Below are positions 27,311 to 36,779 of a stretch of DNA of 64,000 bases, in pieces. The position numbers and the translations under genes were made by a program. Below the pieces are notes generated by a model, which saw only the letters and a list, made by a program, of their open reading frames with translations, was not told where the DNA came from and made no database searches. Numbering within the stretch: position 1 is the first letter of the stretch; each line of letters begins with the position of its first letter. The DNA lies in IMG/VR virus record IMGVR_UViG_3300022902_000012, positions 1 to 64,000 of that record; one strand, written 5' to 3'. This DNA is from an uncultured virus (IMG/VR IMGVR_UViG_3300022902_000012) (taxonomy: Duplodnaviria > Heunggongvirae > Uroviricota > Caudoviricetes).

Positions 27311-27580
27311 ATGGCCCTTACAGACAAAAGCGAAGTGGATGCAGCCCTGGCCCTGCTCAAGGTCGAGCCTGCCCTGCGCCAGAAGTTCGACAAGATCATC
27401 ATCGCCCTCGAGCGGAGGGGGTTAGCCCCCGCGGTCCCTTGTCCCGTCCTCGCTGACTGGCTCGCCTACAAGCCGGACCCGAATGCCCATTGTCTAGCCA
27501 ACACCCTCATCGACATCAAGGTCCGCCAGAGCCCCCCCAGCTGGGCCGAGCGAATCAGGACCCTCCACCCCGGCCGCTAG
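27311..27580 (+). CDS. Hypothetical protein
   Basis: 89 aa, directly downstream of the RepA-like gene. Confidence 0.5.
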   Translation: MALTDKSEVDAALALLKVEPALRQKFDKIIIALERRGLAPAVPCPVLADWLAYKPDPNAHCLANTLIDIKVRQSPPSWAERIRTLHPGR

Positions 27581-27771
27581 CTAATGCGGCAGTAATGCGT
27601 CCAGCCAAAGACGAATTCACCGGCCCGCTCGCCCTTGATTTTGTGGTCGCCGGCAACTGGTCTAAGAACCTTCCTGCACTTGATACATCGAGGCCACATC
27701 TCCCTGGGGTAGTCCTCCAGGTAGATGTCTATTGGCCCACGCCGGGTCCAATGATCTGTCCAGTGGCTCAT
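27577..27771 (-). CDS. Hypothetical small Cys-containing protein
   Basis: MSHWTDHW..., ATGA overlap. Confidence 0.4.
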   Translation of the reverse strand: MSHWTDHWTRRGPIDIYLEDYPREMWPRCIKCRKVLRPVAGDHKIKGERAGEFVFGWTHYCRIS

Positions 27772-28058
27772 GGTTTGCCGTCTCCTGTTGCTTTCGACAT
27801 AGCCTGGCGCAAGTCGGCCTCTGTCGTTCCAGGGGGCACCATGACCGCTGGTCTGCCGCAAAAGAGGCAGGCATCGCCGCAGTCACGTTTTAGGATTCGC
27901 CGCGAGATGTGCGCCGCTGGACAACCCCAGGTCGGGTAGTCGTACCAGCGGTCTGGGATGCCTAAAAACACTGCAGATCCCTCGGCCTCTGCTTGCGCTG
28001 ATTCCATATCCCTCCAGATGACAAGCTGCTGGATGTCCGCCGCATCAAACGAAGTCAT
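27768..28058 (-). CDS. Hypothetical Zn-finger-like protein
   Basis: 'WGCPAAHIS...DACLFCG'. Confidence 0.5.
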   Translation of the reverse strand: MTSFDAADIQQLVIWRDMESAQAEAEGSAVFLGIPDRWYDYPTWGCPAAHISRRILKRDCGDACLFCGRPAVMVPPGTTEADLRQAMSKATGDGKP

Positions 28059-28462
28059 GGCGTGTCGCTCTTGGTCGCTTTCGACTCATGGACCCGGCCC
28101 CATTTCCGTGATGCTCTGTATTCATCCATGGCGGAGGGCTGCAGGCGGGCAATTTGCTCTGGCGTATACCCGTTTTCGTGTGCCACAAGAGCGAGCTGCT
28201 CGTGGAAAAACTGCAGCGTCATCTCGGGACTATTGACGCCCCACGACACGCCTTTGGATGGTGCAGCCTCGTCCACCTCTCGTTTGTAATTCTCGATAAT
28301 GTCACGTTTAAAACCACCCGCAAGCCGGGCCACTGCCGCCGCGAGTTGGCGCAGATCGTAGACCATTTGGGGCTCAAGCCCGTGGCTCCAGTGGTCGAGA
28401 CGCCACTGTGCAAGATGACACTTCTTCAGGATTACTGCTGCCGCCTGAATTCCTTCATCCAT
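28055..28462 (-). CDS. Hypothetical protein
   Basis: MDEGIQ..., overlapping stop/start chain. Confidence 0.5.
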   Translation of the reverse strand: MDEGIQAAAVILKKCHLAQWRLDHWSHGLEPQMVYDLRQLAAAVARLAGGFKRDIIENYKREVDEAAPSKGVSWGVNSPEMTLQFFHEQLALVAHENGYTPEQIARLQPSAMDEYRASRKWGRVHESKATKSDTP

Positions 28463-28817
28463 CGACCTGCCCCTTGTCTCGGAGTGTCGATTCCAGCACA
28501 GCCTCACGCCAATCAACAGGGACCTGGTGGCCCTGGCCGGCGTCGTCTATCAGCTGGACCAGCTTGGTCAGGGCTAGGCGGAAGCCCCCCTCAATCAGCT
28601 TGCTGATCCGGAGCCCAGCCTCCATCCGGAGGATATCAAGCTGAAGTGCCCTGGTGGATGAATAGATCCGAACGTCCTCGCAGACCAGCCTCTCTTTCTT
28701 GGGGCCGCCCCAGATCGTCAGGTCCTTATGAGACACTTTTCCGCTCCGGGATGGTGCGATTAAGCAAAAAAGGGAGCCCTCCGTGAGACACTTCTTAGGG
28801 TCTGAGCGTGCCATCAT
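28455..28817 (-). CDS. Hypothetical protein
   Basis: AAGGAG RBS before ATG 28817. Confidence 0.5.
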   Translation of the reverse strand: MMARSDPKKCLTEGSLFCLIAPSRSGKVSHKDLTIWGGPKKERLVCEDVRIYSSTRALQLDILRMEAGLRISKLIEGGFRLALTKLVQLIDDAGQGHQVPVDWREAVLESTLRDKGQVDG

Positions 28818-28888
28818 GTCACTCCTTTTGTGCCAACCTGGCACAGTAGTCTACTGCGATTCCCCCAGGTGCTTCTTATGGGGGGAGG

Positions 28889-28923
28889 GGGTTTCTGTAA
28901 ATGTAACCTTTGTCCACAGGTTT
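28889..28923. repeat. 35-bp inverted repeat, copy 1 (partner at 37803-37837)
   Basis: gggtttctgtaaatgtaacctttgtccacaggttt is the exact reverse complement of 37803-37837; contains TTGTCCACA at 28910-28918. Confidence 0.95.
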
Positions 28924-29002
28924 CTCTTAACAATATCATGGGGTTCTTATATTACAGAAAAGTGAGGTACACCTGTGGCACACGATCTGGAACCCCCCGT
29001 GA

Positions 29003-32000
29003 TTATTCATCAAAGGTTACATTTCGGAGAAAACGCCAAAATGGACTGTCCGGATCAAGGTAACCCGGCTTGGTTCTGGTAACGAACAGGCGGTCCTGGG
29101 CGCGGGTGACTGAGACATATAGGAGCCGGGTCTCTTCCTGAGACAGTTCGGGGTCCATCTTGGACTTGGCGCCGGGGAACCTGCCGTGCACCACATCAGC
29201 CAGGATGACGTTCCGGGCCTCCTTGCCTTTGAAGCCGTGGATGGTGCTCAGGGTGAGCACGTCCCCCTGCGACGGCCCTGCCTGGCCCTGGGCCTGCCTG
29301 TGCATCTCATGCATGCGCCGCAGCAGGTCAACCTGAGCCAGCAGCTCCCCTACGGTGTCGAATTCGGAGGCAAATTCCATGAGCTCTTCGAGCACAATGA
29401 ACGCCCCCTCGGAGCCCTCGGCCTTGGTCAGCCCGAACTTCTCGGCTAGGTACTCCACGTAGCCGATCTCATCGATGACGAACTTCATCATCTCGGCGGG
29501 CCCGCGGCCCTCCCGGCCCATGATCCTCAGCCTGATGATCAGCTCCTTCAAGCTCCTGAGAGCCAGCCTCTGTGGCTTGATGAGCCTGGCCTTGTCTAGG
29601 ATCTTGTCGATGAGGTCTGTCTCCTCAGAGCCCTCTGCCGCTGCGTACTGGGGCCTGCCTACGAACCTCTTGGGGACGTTCATGACAGCCCGCAGGGCGG
29701 TCCCGTCAACATCCAGGCCGGCGCCCACCCGCAAGTAGTTGAGCAGGTCCCGGGCCTCACGCCCATCCAGGATGAAGCCCCCGCACAGCTTGATGTACGG
29801 CACCTCGTTCTTGGTACACCAGATGGAGATCCAGTGCAGTACGGCCGCGGTCCTGGCCAGCACCGTGGTCTCCCCCAAGCCCAGCTCCTGAGCCTTATCC
29901 ACGATCCATTTGACCTCGTCCATCCGGCTCTCGAAGGTCTTGAACTCAATGGGCTCACCACCCTCTGCCCGCCGCGGCCGAATCTGACCTGCCAGGTGCC
30001 AGGGCCTACCCTTCACAACAGCCGAGCCCAGGGTGCAGATCTTGTCGGTGGACCGGTAGTTGTTCGGGAGCTTGAACAGCTTGGCCTTGTCCCTGTCGAT
30101 GAACTGCAGGATAACCCCAGGTTCCGCAGTGCGCCAGGAATACACACTGTTGTGGACAGCGATACCGTTGGCGAAGTAGTTGGTCGTTCCATCGATATCC
30201 AGGTCCCTCAATTCGAGAGGTTCTTCCGATCGGTAACCTGTCTTGGCTACAACCTCGTCGGGTGCTCCGTCGTCCCCCCAGATCCAGGTACCTGGAACGA
30301 GATTGGCCAGTGGCATAGCTGTCATTTTCTCCCCGCAGGGTCCTTTGGCACTGCTCAAGCTGACCCTAAGGACGGCACGAATTTTAGTTGCACCAGCAAC
30401 TATGTCCCCAATCTGCTCGGCAGCAGCATGTGCTTCCGCACCGGATGGGTATCTCCGACGAATCCTGGCTGTCCCGCGACGTCCGTCTCGGACAGAGATA
30501 CCTGTACAGGCTGTTATCGCCTCACGAATCTTTTGGGGCGCCAGTTCCTGTGATTCGCAGGTCAGCTCAGCCGGCCGATTGTTTTTAACACCCAATGTCA
30601 ATGTAATAATGATGCGCTTACCGACCTGACTTTGGGGTAAGTACGTGGGCCAGGCAAAGAGCATATGAAACAACTTGAGGATCTTTGGCCCCCCCTTGCA
30701 TCCGAATTCCTTGAATATGGCTGCAGCTCCGGCTTCCGACAGGCGTAGCTTCCGACCCACTGTCTTGAACGGGAGTGTAGGGACCTTGTAGCGTAAAGAC
30801 AGCTGCAGCTCTTGCAGAGCAGCATCAGCTGCCGTCTCATGACAATCGAGCAGCCACAGGGCATCAGCTCCTTCGTGCAATGCCCGAACGGATACAGAGT
30901 GACGGGCTGCGTTTTTTGCACCTTGGGTAAGTCCTATCCGAAACCCCATGTCTTTGCGCCACATGAGGTAGGTGTAGAAGCGGACATTGGAGTGGGGCAT
31001 GCAGGCAAAGACCAGGTGGTCGGAAGAGCCCTCTAGAATTCTCCCAGATGCTGTCTTGATCTTCGTTATCTCGGTCTTGTCTGTCGCTCCGGCATGTTGG
31101 ACTGTTCTAAACACCTGTTTGCCACCCTGGCATGAACCGACAGAGTCCCCGGCTTCGATATCCCGGAGTAGCACCCTGCCCCGGGTTTTTGTCTGAATCA
31201 TTGTCGTGTGGGGGTTCAGGCACTGGCTCAAGTCTCCGGCCAGCATCAAGTTCTGATCCCGGTCGGACCCACCCACCGTCGGGTAGATTCGGCTGGGCAG
31301 CCCCGCGGCCAGGCGCATCAGATCATGCTGGATGCCACTGCAGTCCTGAGCCTCATCCACGATGACCACGGACCACTGGGACCTCCACCAGGCCAGCAGG
31401 TCAGGACTCCCGATGAGCAGGTGCCAGACGAAGGACTGCACATCGTCGTAGCTGTACTTGGCCATGTCCCAGCGCAGCGCCTCGATCTCCTGATACATGG
31501 TCAAGGCCTGCTGAGAATCGATGGGCATCTTGTCGGCCAACCACGACTCAGCTATCCGCCGTACCAGCTCCCGGCCGTTGTCATTCAGACCAAACCAGTC
31601 CTTACGCCAGGGGACAGGCCCTGTGTTCTTGCACCGAGACATGAAGGTGGACAGCACCTCGTGGTCTACGATCATCTCAGGGATCACCTTCATCTTCTTG
31701 AGACGGTCGACCTGGGCACGCTGGGCGGCCGGCAAAGCACCGTCCTCGTCGTGCGACATGGCATCGAAGAGCCAGGGCGCCATCTTCGGCCCCCTGTCGT
31801 AGCAAAGCCCGTGGATGGTTCTGACCTCACATCCCTCGATACCCATCCCCGAGAGCCGCTCGATCATCTCCCCACAGGCTGCCCGGGTGAATGTGACCAG
31901 CAGTATCCGCCACGAATCCACCCCGGCCTCGACCAGGTCCCTCACCCGCTCCAGCAGGCACCGAGTTTTGCCACTGTTATGGACCAGGAACCCGGAGGCT

Positions 32001-32884
32001 TCGAAGTTATGATGTGGCCCCTTCATCTTGATGTCGTATGTACGCTGCGGCCCAGCCGGGGAGACCGACTTAACGATTCCGACCCGGGTATATTTGATGC
32101 CAAAGTTTTCATCTTTGCCATGAAGTCTGGCATGGGCCTTTTTCGACAGCAGCTGTAGATTCTCAGGGACATCATTGAGGGAGTCCTCATCCTTATGGTG
32201 GACCTCCAACTTAGGGTCCAGATAAGAGAAGATGGAGGGCAAGTCTCCCCGAGTTTTCAAGATTGCAACATAGTCGGAATAAGGAATCCCATTGATGGAG
32301 GCTTCCAGGACCAAACGAGCCCGCGGCACTTCCCAGTATCTGTACTTCTCCTCACGAATACGGAGGGTCCCGGCGGGATGATGGACATGGAGGGTAACAA
32401 CCCGACGTTTAGCATATCGGGTTCTCCCTTCCCCCTTCTTAGGGAGCATATTCCCGAGGAGAAGGACCTCATCGCCGGCGGACAGTTGCCCGGCCGGCTT
32501 TCCATCAATAAGGTCCGAAGGAGTCAGGAAGGGATGGTCCCGGGTACATGTTAATTCCAGGCCGCATCGGGTCGTAACGATGAGACAGTCCTGAACTCCG
32601 GAATCCACGATGGCCTCGATCTCGCGGTAGGCCACAACCCCCCCAGGCTCAATCGACTTGATCCTAGATGTCATGGACAGGTCCCGACCTATCGACCTCC
32701 TGCACGGGAGACCATTGAATTTCCGGTAGGCCTCCTCGATTGTGTAGGGCCGAGATCCGGGTCGTTGTCCCCTGCTAATACCCACGATAGCGTCGGCTGC
32801 GAGGCAACCTGGGTTGCCGGCCACCACCGAGGGGCCCAGGCGATGCACCGCTACTTGCTGCTGATCTTCATCCAGATTAATCAT
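29003..32884 (-). CDS. uvrD: UvrD/PcrA-family SF1 helicase precursor with two inteins (about 658 aa after splicing)
   Basis: GNPG|SGKT, 'VTFTRAA', 'TIHG', 'DEAQD', GDLSQ|SVYSWR, 'NYRST', 'LSTIHGFKGKE', 'EETRLLYVSVTRAQ'. Confidence 0.93.
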   Translation of the reverse strand: MINLDEDQQQVAVHRLGPSVVAGNPGCLAADAIVGISRGQRPGSRPYTIEEAYRKFNGLPCRRSIGRDLSMTSRIKSIEPGGVVAYREIEAIVDSGVQDCLIVTTRCGLELTCTRDHPFLTPSDLIDGKPAGQLSAGDEVLLLGNMLPKKGEGRTRYAKRRVVTLHVHHPAGTLRIREEKYRYWEVPRARLVLEASINGIPYSDYVAILKTRGDLPSIFSYLDPKLEVHHKDEDSLNDVPENLQLLSKKAHARLHGKDENFGIKYTRVGIVKSVSPAGPQRTYDIKMKGPHHNFEASGFLVHNSGKTRCLLERVRDLVEAGVDSWRILLVTFTRAACGEMIERLSGMGIEGCEVRTIHGLCYDRGPKMAPWLFDAMSHDEDGALPAAQRAQVDRLKKMKVIPEMIVDHEVLSTFMSRCKNTGPVPWRKDWFGLNDNGRELVRRIAESWLADKMPIDSQQALTMYQEIEALRWDMAKYSYDDVQSFVWHLLIGSPDLLAWWRSQWSVVIVDEAQDCSGIQHDLMRLAAGLPSRIYPTVGGSDRDQNLMLAGDLSQCLNPHTTMIQTKTRGRVLLRDIEAGDSVGSCQGGKQVFRTVQHAGATDKTEITKIKTASGRILEGSSDHLVFACMPHSNVRFYTYLMWRKDMGFRIGLTQGAKNAARHSVSVRALHEGADALWLLDCHETAADAALQELQLSLRYKVPTLPFKTVGRKLRLSEAGAAAIFKEFGCKGGPKILKLFHMLFAWPTYLPQSQVGKRIIITLTLGVKNNRPAELTCESQELAPQKIREAITACTGISVRDGRRGTARIRRRYPSGAEAHAAAEQIGDIVAGATKIRAVLRVSLSSAKGPCGEKMTAMPLANLVPGTWIWGDDGAPDEVVAKTGYRSEEPLELRDLDIDGTTNYFANGIAVHNSVYSWRTAEPGVILQFIDRDKAKLFKLPNNYRSTDKICTLGSAVVKGRPWHLAGQIRPRRAEGGEPIEFKTFESRMDEVKWIVDKAQELGLGETTVLARTAAVLHWISIWCTKNEVPYIKLCGGFILDGREARDLLNYLRVGAGLDVDGTALRAVMNVPKRFVGRPQYAAAEGSEETDLIDKILDKARLIKPQRLALRSLKELIIRLRIMGREGRGPAEMMKFVIDEIGYVEYLAEKFGLTKAEGSEGAFIVLEELMEFASEFDTVGELLAQVDLLRRMHEMHRQAQGQAGPSQGDVLTLSTIHGFKGKEARNVILADVVHGRFPGAKSKMDPELSQEETRLLYVSVTRAQDRLFVTRTKPGYLDPDSPFWRFLRNVTFDE
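30149..31222 (-). mobile_element. Intein 2 of UvrD (358 aa) with a non-LAGLIDADG, possibly GIY-YIG-like central domain
   Basis: Starts CLNPHT, block B 'GSSDHLVF', ends 'NYFANGIAVHN' before Ser; inserted in the GDxxQ|SxY motif. Confidence 0.9.
31976..32806 (-). mobile_element. Intein 1 of UvrD (277 aa) with an in-frame HNH endonuclease
   Basis: Starts CLAADA, 'TCTRDHPFLT', HNH 'EVHHKDEDSLNDVPENLQLLSKKAHARLH', ends 'HNFEASGFLVHN' before Ser; inserted in Walker A. Confidence 0.92.
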
Positions 32885-32957
32885 TGACGTCTTGTCCTTT
32901 TACCTATAAGATATAGGTAAGGAGAGGTCTATTCACAGGTCTCTTTTAAAGCTTTTC

Positions 32958-33683
32958 TCAACCCTCGTCGTGGCATTCATGGGCCATGTCGAGTCCATCG
33001 ATCGGGACCAGAGGATCAACCTCCCGCAGCTCACCGAGCAGCCGCTTCTCGATGTCCTCATCTGTATCCATGACCGAACGCTTCTTCTCGACGGCCTGGA
33101 ACACCCGCATGATCACCGCGGCATAGTCCTCGATGAGGATCCCATACCCCCGCCGCAGGTACTTGCGCACCCGGAGCAACGACCCCCCAGCATCCTCCTC
33201 CCTGTCCGGCCGGGTGTAGACCAGGCGCTTGGCAGCCACATCCTCATAGAAGCGGTCAGAGCACAAACTCTTCCAGCACTGCCCCCCTGTGCCCTGGGGG
33301 TTGTTATCCCACCACACAGCAGCCTGGACTATGGTGAAGTCGAAGCTCTCCACCAACGACTCAGCATCCGTGTACAGCCACCTGAAGATGTATTGGACGG
33401 CCAGCCGGCCCAGGGACAGGACGGTATAGGCGTTCTGGGTAGCATGGAACTTACCCTCCCGTCCCTTGGTCAACAGCCGGGCCTGTTCCCCCAGGACCAA
33501 CTGGTTCCCCCCGAAGACGTCAATGTCCCCGGGGGTATCACCAGCGACCAGCGCCCGGATGAACCCCCCTCCGACGAACAACCCCCGTCCGACGAACAAC
33601 CCCCGTCCTCTCATCTGAGCCGCCAGGTCCCGGGGAATGTGAGTGACCACCCTGGCCAGGTCTTGTTTATTAAGCTCCCTCAT
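32958..33683 (-). CDS. Nucleotidyltransferase (polyA polymerase / CCA-head-like)
   Basis: 'FVGGGFIRA', 'DIDVF', 'ESFDFTIVQ', 'SLLRVRKYLRRGY'. Confidence 0.75.
   Translation of the reverse strand: MRELNKQDLARVVTHIPRDLAAQMRGRGLFVGRGLFVGGGFIRALVAGDTPGDIDVFGGNQLVLGEQARLLTKGREGKFHATQNAYTVLSLGRLAVQYIFRWLYTDAESLVESFDFTIVQAAVWWDNNPQGTGGQCWKSLCSDRFYEDVAAKRLVYTRPDREEDAGGSLLRVRKYLRRGYGILIEDYAAVIMRVFQAVEKKRSVMDTDEDIEKRLLGELREVDPLVPIDGLDMAHECHDEG
33571..33608. repeat. Perfect 18-nt tandem duplication in the NTase gene
   Basis: ccgacgaacaacccccgt x2, giving RGLFVG-RGLFVG. Confidence 0.9.
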
Positions 33684-33684
33684 C

Positions 33685-36360
33685 TCAGTCCTCCTCCTTT
33701 GTCCCGGCCAGCAGCCTGGCGATCATCTCGGCGACGATCATCTTGCGGGGGATGGCGTACCACTTGGCGCCCTTGAGCAGCTTGGCCTTGGTGGGGCCCC
33801 TGTCGGGCTCAGGCTCCGATTCCCCGGCCAGTGGGCTCTTACCGTCACCAGGCAACAACCAGCTCACGCAGATCTCTCCAGTGGCCTCCTTGGCGCACAA
33901 CAGGGGATCATCCTTGGAGCCTCGGCTGACCCGGTCGACCAGGGACTTGAGCAGTCCATCGCAGGCCTTCTTGATCTGCTTGTCGTCGAGGCCATCAGGG
34001 GTATCCCCGAACAGTTGGCCCAACCAATGCTTGTCGGTGTCGTCGACCCAGTCATGTAGCTGGTCGGGCTCAAGCGCCCCAATGCTCTCAACGCACTCAT
34101 ACTGGTACTTGAAGTACGGAATGATCTGGTCAGCGATACCCGCAGCCCCGCCCTCCTTGACATCCCGAGTGCTGGACAAGCCCTCGGCAACAGGCTTGGC
34201 CGACGGCGCCGAGTACCCGGCGGGGGGCTTTTCGAAGTAGGGCCCTCCACGCTGTAGCACATCGATGACCCGCTCATCGGACTGCACAAACTTGTGATCC
34301 ATCCCGGTCAGCCCGCACAAGCCCATCGAGCACATCTCGAAGAAGTCGCAACGCCCCCACCGGCCGACACAGTTGACCGTGCACTTGGGGAACCAGTTGT
34401 CCACGGTCAAGCCCCTCTTCTTCACCTCCTTTTCCTTGCCCCACAGGACAAGGTGCTGGGCCAGGTCGGTAGCCGCGGGGATCATCTCATGTTCCCAACA
34501 CCGCTCGATGTCCGCAGCCTTGCAGTCAGTAGCCACCCGCACCACATCGTCAGGGGCGATAGCCTGCACACCACCCTCTTCCCGTGGCTTTACCATGATG
34601 GTGACCTGGGTCTGGGCCAGCGGCCCCCACCCATCCGTCTTCTCGTAGTTCCCGTACCGAACCAGGGCGCCGTACCCCGTCAGCTGGAAGTCCAACCCGA
34701 AGGCCTGGTAGAGCTCCAGGGTGAGCATGGAGGCTGTCTTCTCGTCGTGTACCACCACCCCAGCTCGGCCGTCCACGTCCCGAGCGCCCCGGGACACATC
34801 ATCCAGGCGCCCCACAAACCGCAACCGCCGACGACCCAGTCCAGTGATCGATACAGGCTCTTCGCACACCGCCTCCAGCCGACACTCAACAGCCAGGATG
34901 CGACCCCCGTCCTCGACCGACTTGTCCAGGTGCCCGAACTTGGACAACCTCGTCCGCAGGCATGCCCGGGCGATGGCCAGCTCCTCCCCCAGCACCCCAG
35001 CACCAGCCTTGTTCTCGACGAACCGCAGCGGATCCTCCCACCGGTCGAGGCCATAAGACTTGGCGAACTGCAGGCTCGCATGTACCAGCGTCCCGATCTG
35101 GAACTGTTGCTGCGGCAACCTGTGCTTCAGCCCCAACACATGGGCCAGGAACACCCGCCGCTTGCACTGCTGCCAGTCGATCAGGATGTGGATGTTGAAT
35201 CCCCAGTCCAAAGACGACCCACCCGAGTATCCCTTCAGGCCGCCCAACAGCACCCCCACATCAGGCTTACCCAGGGCCAGCCCGATCTCCTCCTCCCTCA
35301 GGATAGAGTCGATCAGCGAGATAGACTCACCACCACCCTCAGGCAGCTCGGGGAGGGGTGCGGACGACGACCCCTCAGGCACCTCAACCTCAGCTCCCAG
35401 GCCCTCACCCAGGTCCTTGCTCTCCTCTTCAGGAACCTCGACCTTCTTGCTCTCCCAGGCCGGCGCCTCCTCCCCTCGAAGAACGAATACATGCTCCAGC
35501 TTCACCCAGCCTGGTTCATCTGTGTATGACCCTTCGAGCTTTGCCCGACAGTAGACCTTGTCACCTGACACCTGCTGGAGCAGGGCGCAATCGAAGGACA
35601 TGTTGTCAGCGACAGGGCCGAAGCCCGTCTCCACGTCCCCCTGCCTGATAGCAACTGCCCCCTCATACCCCACGGCGTCAACAGGGAACGGGACCCACTT
35701 GTCCTGGAACTCCAGCTCCTTGTGGCCCAGGTCAACGCCACACCCATCACACTGGTCCCTCTCGTGCATCTCGTAGGAGAGGCGAGCCTGGCACTTGGGG
35801 CACTTGCCCCGCGGGTCATCCTTTTCCTTCTCGAGCATCGGGTTGCTCTTGACCTTCTTCTTTCTCTTCGTCACAGGCACCCGGATCATCGAGGTAGGCG
35901 TCCAGGTCCCGGGGTCATCATCGGTCTTGCATAACAACAGGAACTCCTGGCCGTCCTCTTCCCGACGGTAGTAGTCCCGCAGCTCCCCCAGCTCAGGGTA
36001 GCCGCCCGACACCCGCAGCAGGCCCTGCATCCCGACCTCCCGCTCACTGGCCGGCAGCCACTCGATCTCCTCAGGCCCAGGCCCCTCGTAAGGCCCCCGC
36101 TCTGCCTCATCCTTGGCCAGGTCCAGGCGTGCCTTCGCAGCATCCGACTCAGCTCGAATCTCCTCGACCGCCTTGGGGCAGATGCGATCCGCCTCGTAGT
36201 ACTTGTCGCAGTAGGCATGGACATCCGGGGTCCGCATCCCGATCTCCCCACCCCAGCAACCCCGCGGCATGGGCCCCGTCGTTACTCCAGCCTCGGCATC
36301 GATAGCCACCACCTGCCCACATCGGCACATCACTGCACTGTTACTCTCCGGCTTACCCAT
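33685..36360 (-). CDS. PD-(D/E)XK Cas4/RecB-like exonuclease with long acidic, Zn-ribbon-containing extensions
   Basis: 'WQQCKRR', 'IGTLVHASL', 'FVGRLDDV', 'VHDEKTAS', 'QLTGYG', 'CVGRWGRCDFFEMC'. Confidence 0.8.
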   Translation of the reverse strand: MGKPESNSAVMCRCGQVVAIDAEAGVTTGPMPRGCWGGEIGMRTPDVHAYCDKYYEADRICPKAVEEIRAESDAAKARLDLAKDEAERGPYEGPGPEEIEWLPASEREVGMQGLLRVSGGYPELGELRDYYRREEDGQEFLLLCKTDDDPGTWTPTSMIRVPVTKRKKKVKSNPMLEKEKDDPRGKCPKCQARLSYEMHERDQCDGCGVDLGHKELEFQDKWVPFPVDAVGYEGAVAIRQGDVETGFGPVADNMSFDCALLQQVSGDKVYCRAKLEGSYTDEPGWVKLEHVFVLRGEEAPAWESKKVEVPEEESKDLGEGLGAEVEVPEGSSSAPLPELPEGGGESISLIDSILREEEIGLALGKPDVGVLLGGLKGYSGGSSLDWGFNIHILIDWQQCKRRVFLAHVLGLKHRLPQQQFQIGTLVHASLQFAKSYGLDRWEDPLRFVENKAGAGVLGEELAIARACLRTRLSKFGHLDKSVEDGGRILAVECRLEAVCEEPVSITGLGRRRLRFVGRLDDVSRGARDVDGRAGVVVHDEKTASMLTLELYQAFGLDFQLTGYGALVRYGNYEKTDGWGPLAQTQVTIMVKPREEGGVQAIAPDDVVRVATDCKAADIERCWEHEMIPAATDLAQHLVLWGKEKEVKKRGLTVDNWFPKCTVNCVGRWGRCDFFEMCSMGLCGLTGMDHKFVQSDERVIDVLQRGGPYFEKPPAGYSAPSAKPVAEGLSSTRDVKEGGAAGIADQIIPYFKYQYECVESIGALEPDQLHDWVDDTDKHWLGQLFGDTPDGLDDKQIKKACDGLLKSLVDRVSRGSKDDPLLCAKEATGEICVSWLLPGDGKSPLAGESEPEPDRGPTKAKLLKGAKWYAIPRKMIVAEMIARLLAGTKEED

Positions 36361-36385
36361 CAGTTTTGTCTCCTTATCGAGTTAT

Positions 36386-36769
36386 CTATCCGACCCGGTG
36401 GAACAACCGGATCTGGTCAGCTTGTTCAGGTGTCAGCAGTAGGACAGTACGGCCCCCTGTCTCCATAGACTTTCCCCGTCCAGGTTCAGGGAGCACACAC
36501 TCCCGCTCCATCTCCAGGATCTTCTGGCGGCTCACCCCCAATTCCTCGCCCAGTTGCACCCTGGTAATCCGCTCGCCCTTGGCGCCCCGCATCCACTTGA
36601 TCTTCAGGCGGTAGCATTGCTGGTGCAGGGCCTTCTTCGTCACCCCCAACCGACGAGCACCCACCTCCATGGAAACCTTCCCAGCCAGGTGCAGCAGTCC
36701 CTCTCGGCGGGTCATCCTCTCCCCCCCGATCCGAACACCCTCATTCCAGATTCCTCTCTTGCCAGCCAT
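36386..36769 (-). CDS. Tandem HTH DNA-binding protein
   Basis: 'SMEVGARRLGVTKKAL' and 'TRVQLGEELGVSRQKILEME'. Confidence 0.65.
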   Translation of the reverse strand: MAGKRGIWNEGVRIGGERMTRREGLLHLAGKVSMEVGARRLGVTKKALHQQCYRLKIKWMRGAKGERITRVQLGEELGVSRQKILEMERECVLPEPGRGKSMETGGRTVLLLTPEQADQIRLFHRVG

Positions 36770-36779
36770 CAGTCTCTCC

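Noticed and set aside
33685..36360. CRISPR-Cas locus suggested by the Cas4-like nuclease
   Set aside because: No repeat-spacer array or other cas genes; Cas4-like exonucleases are common in phage recombination modules
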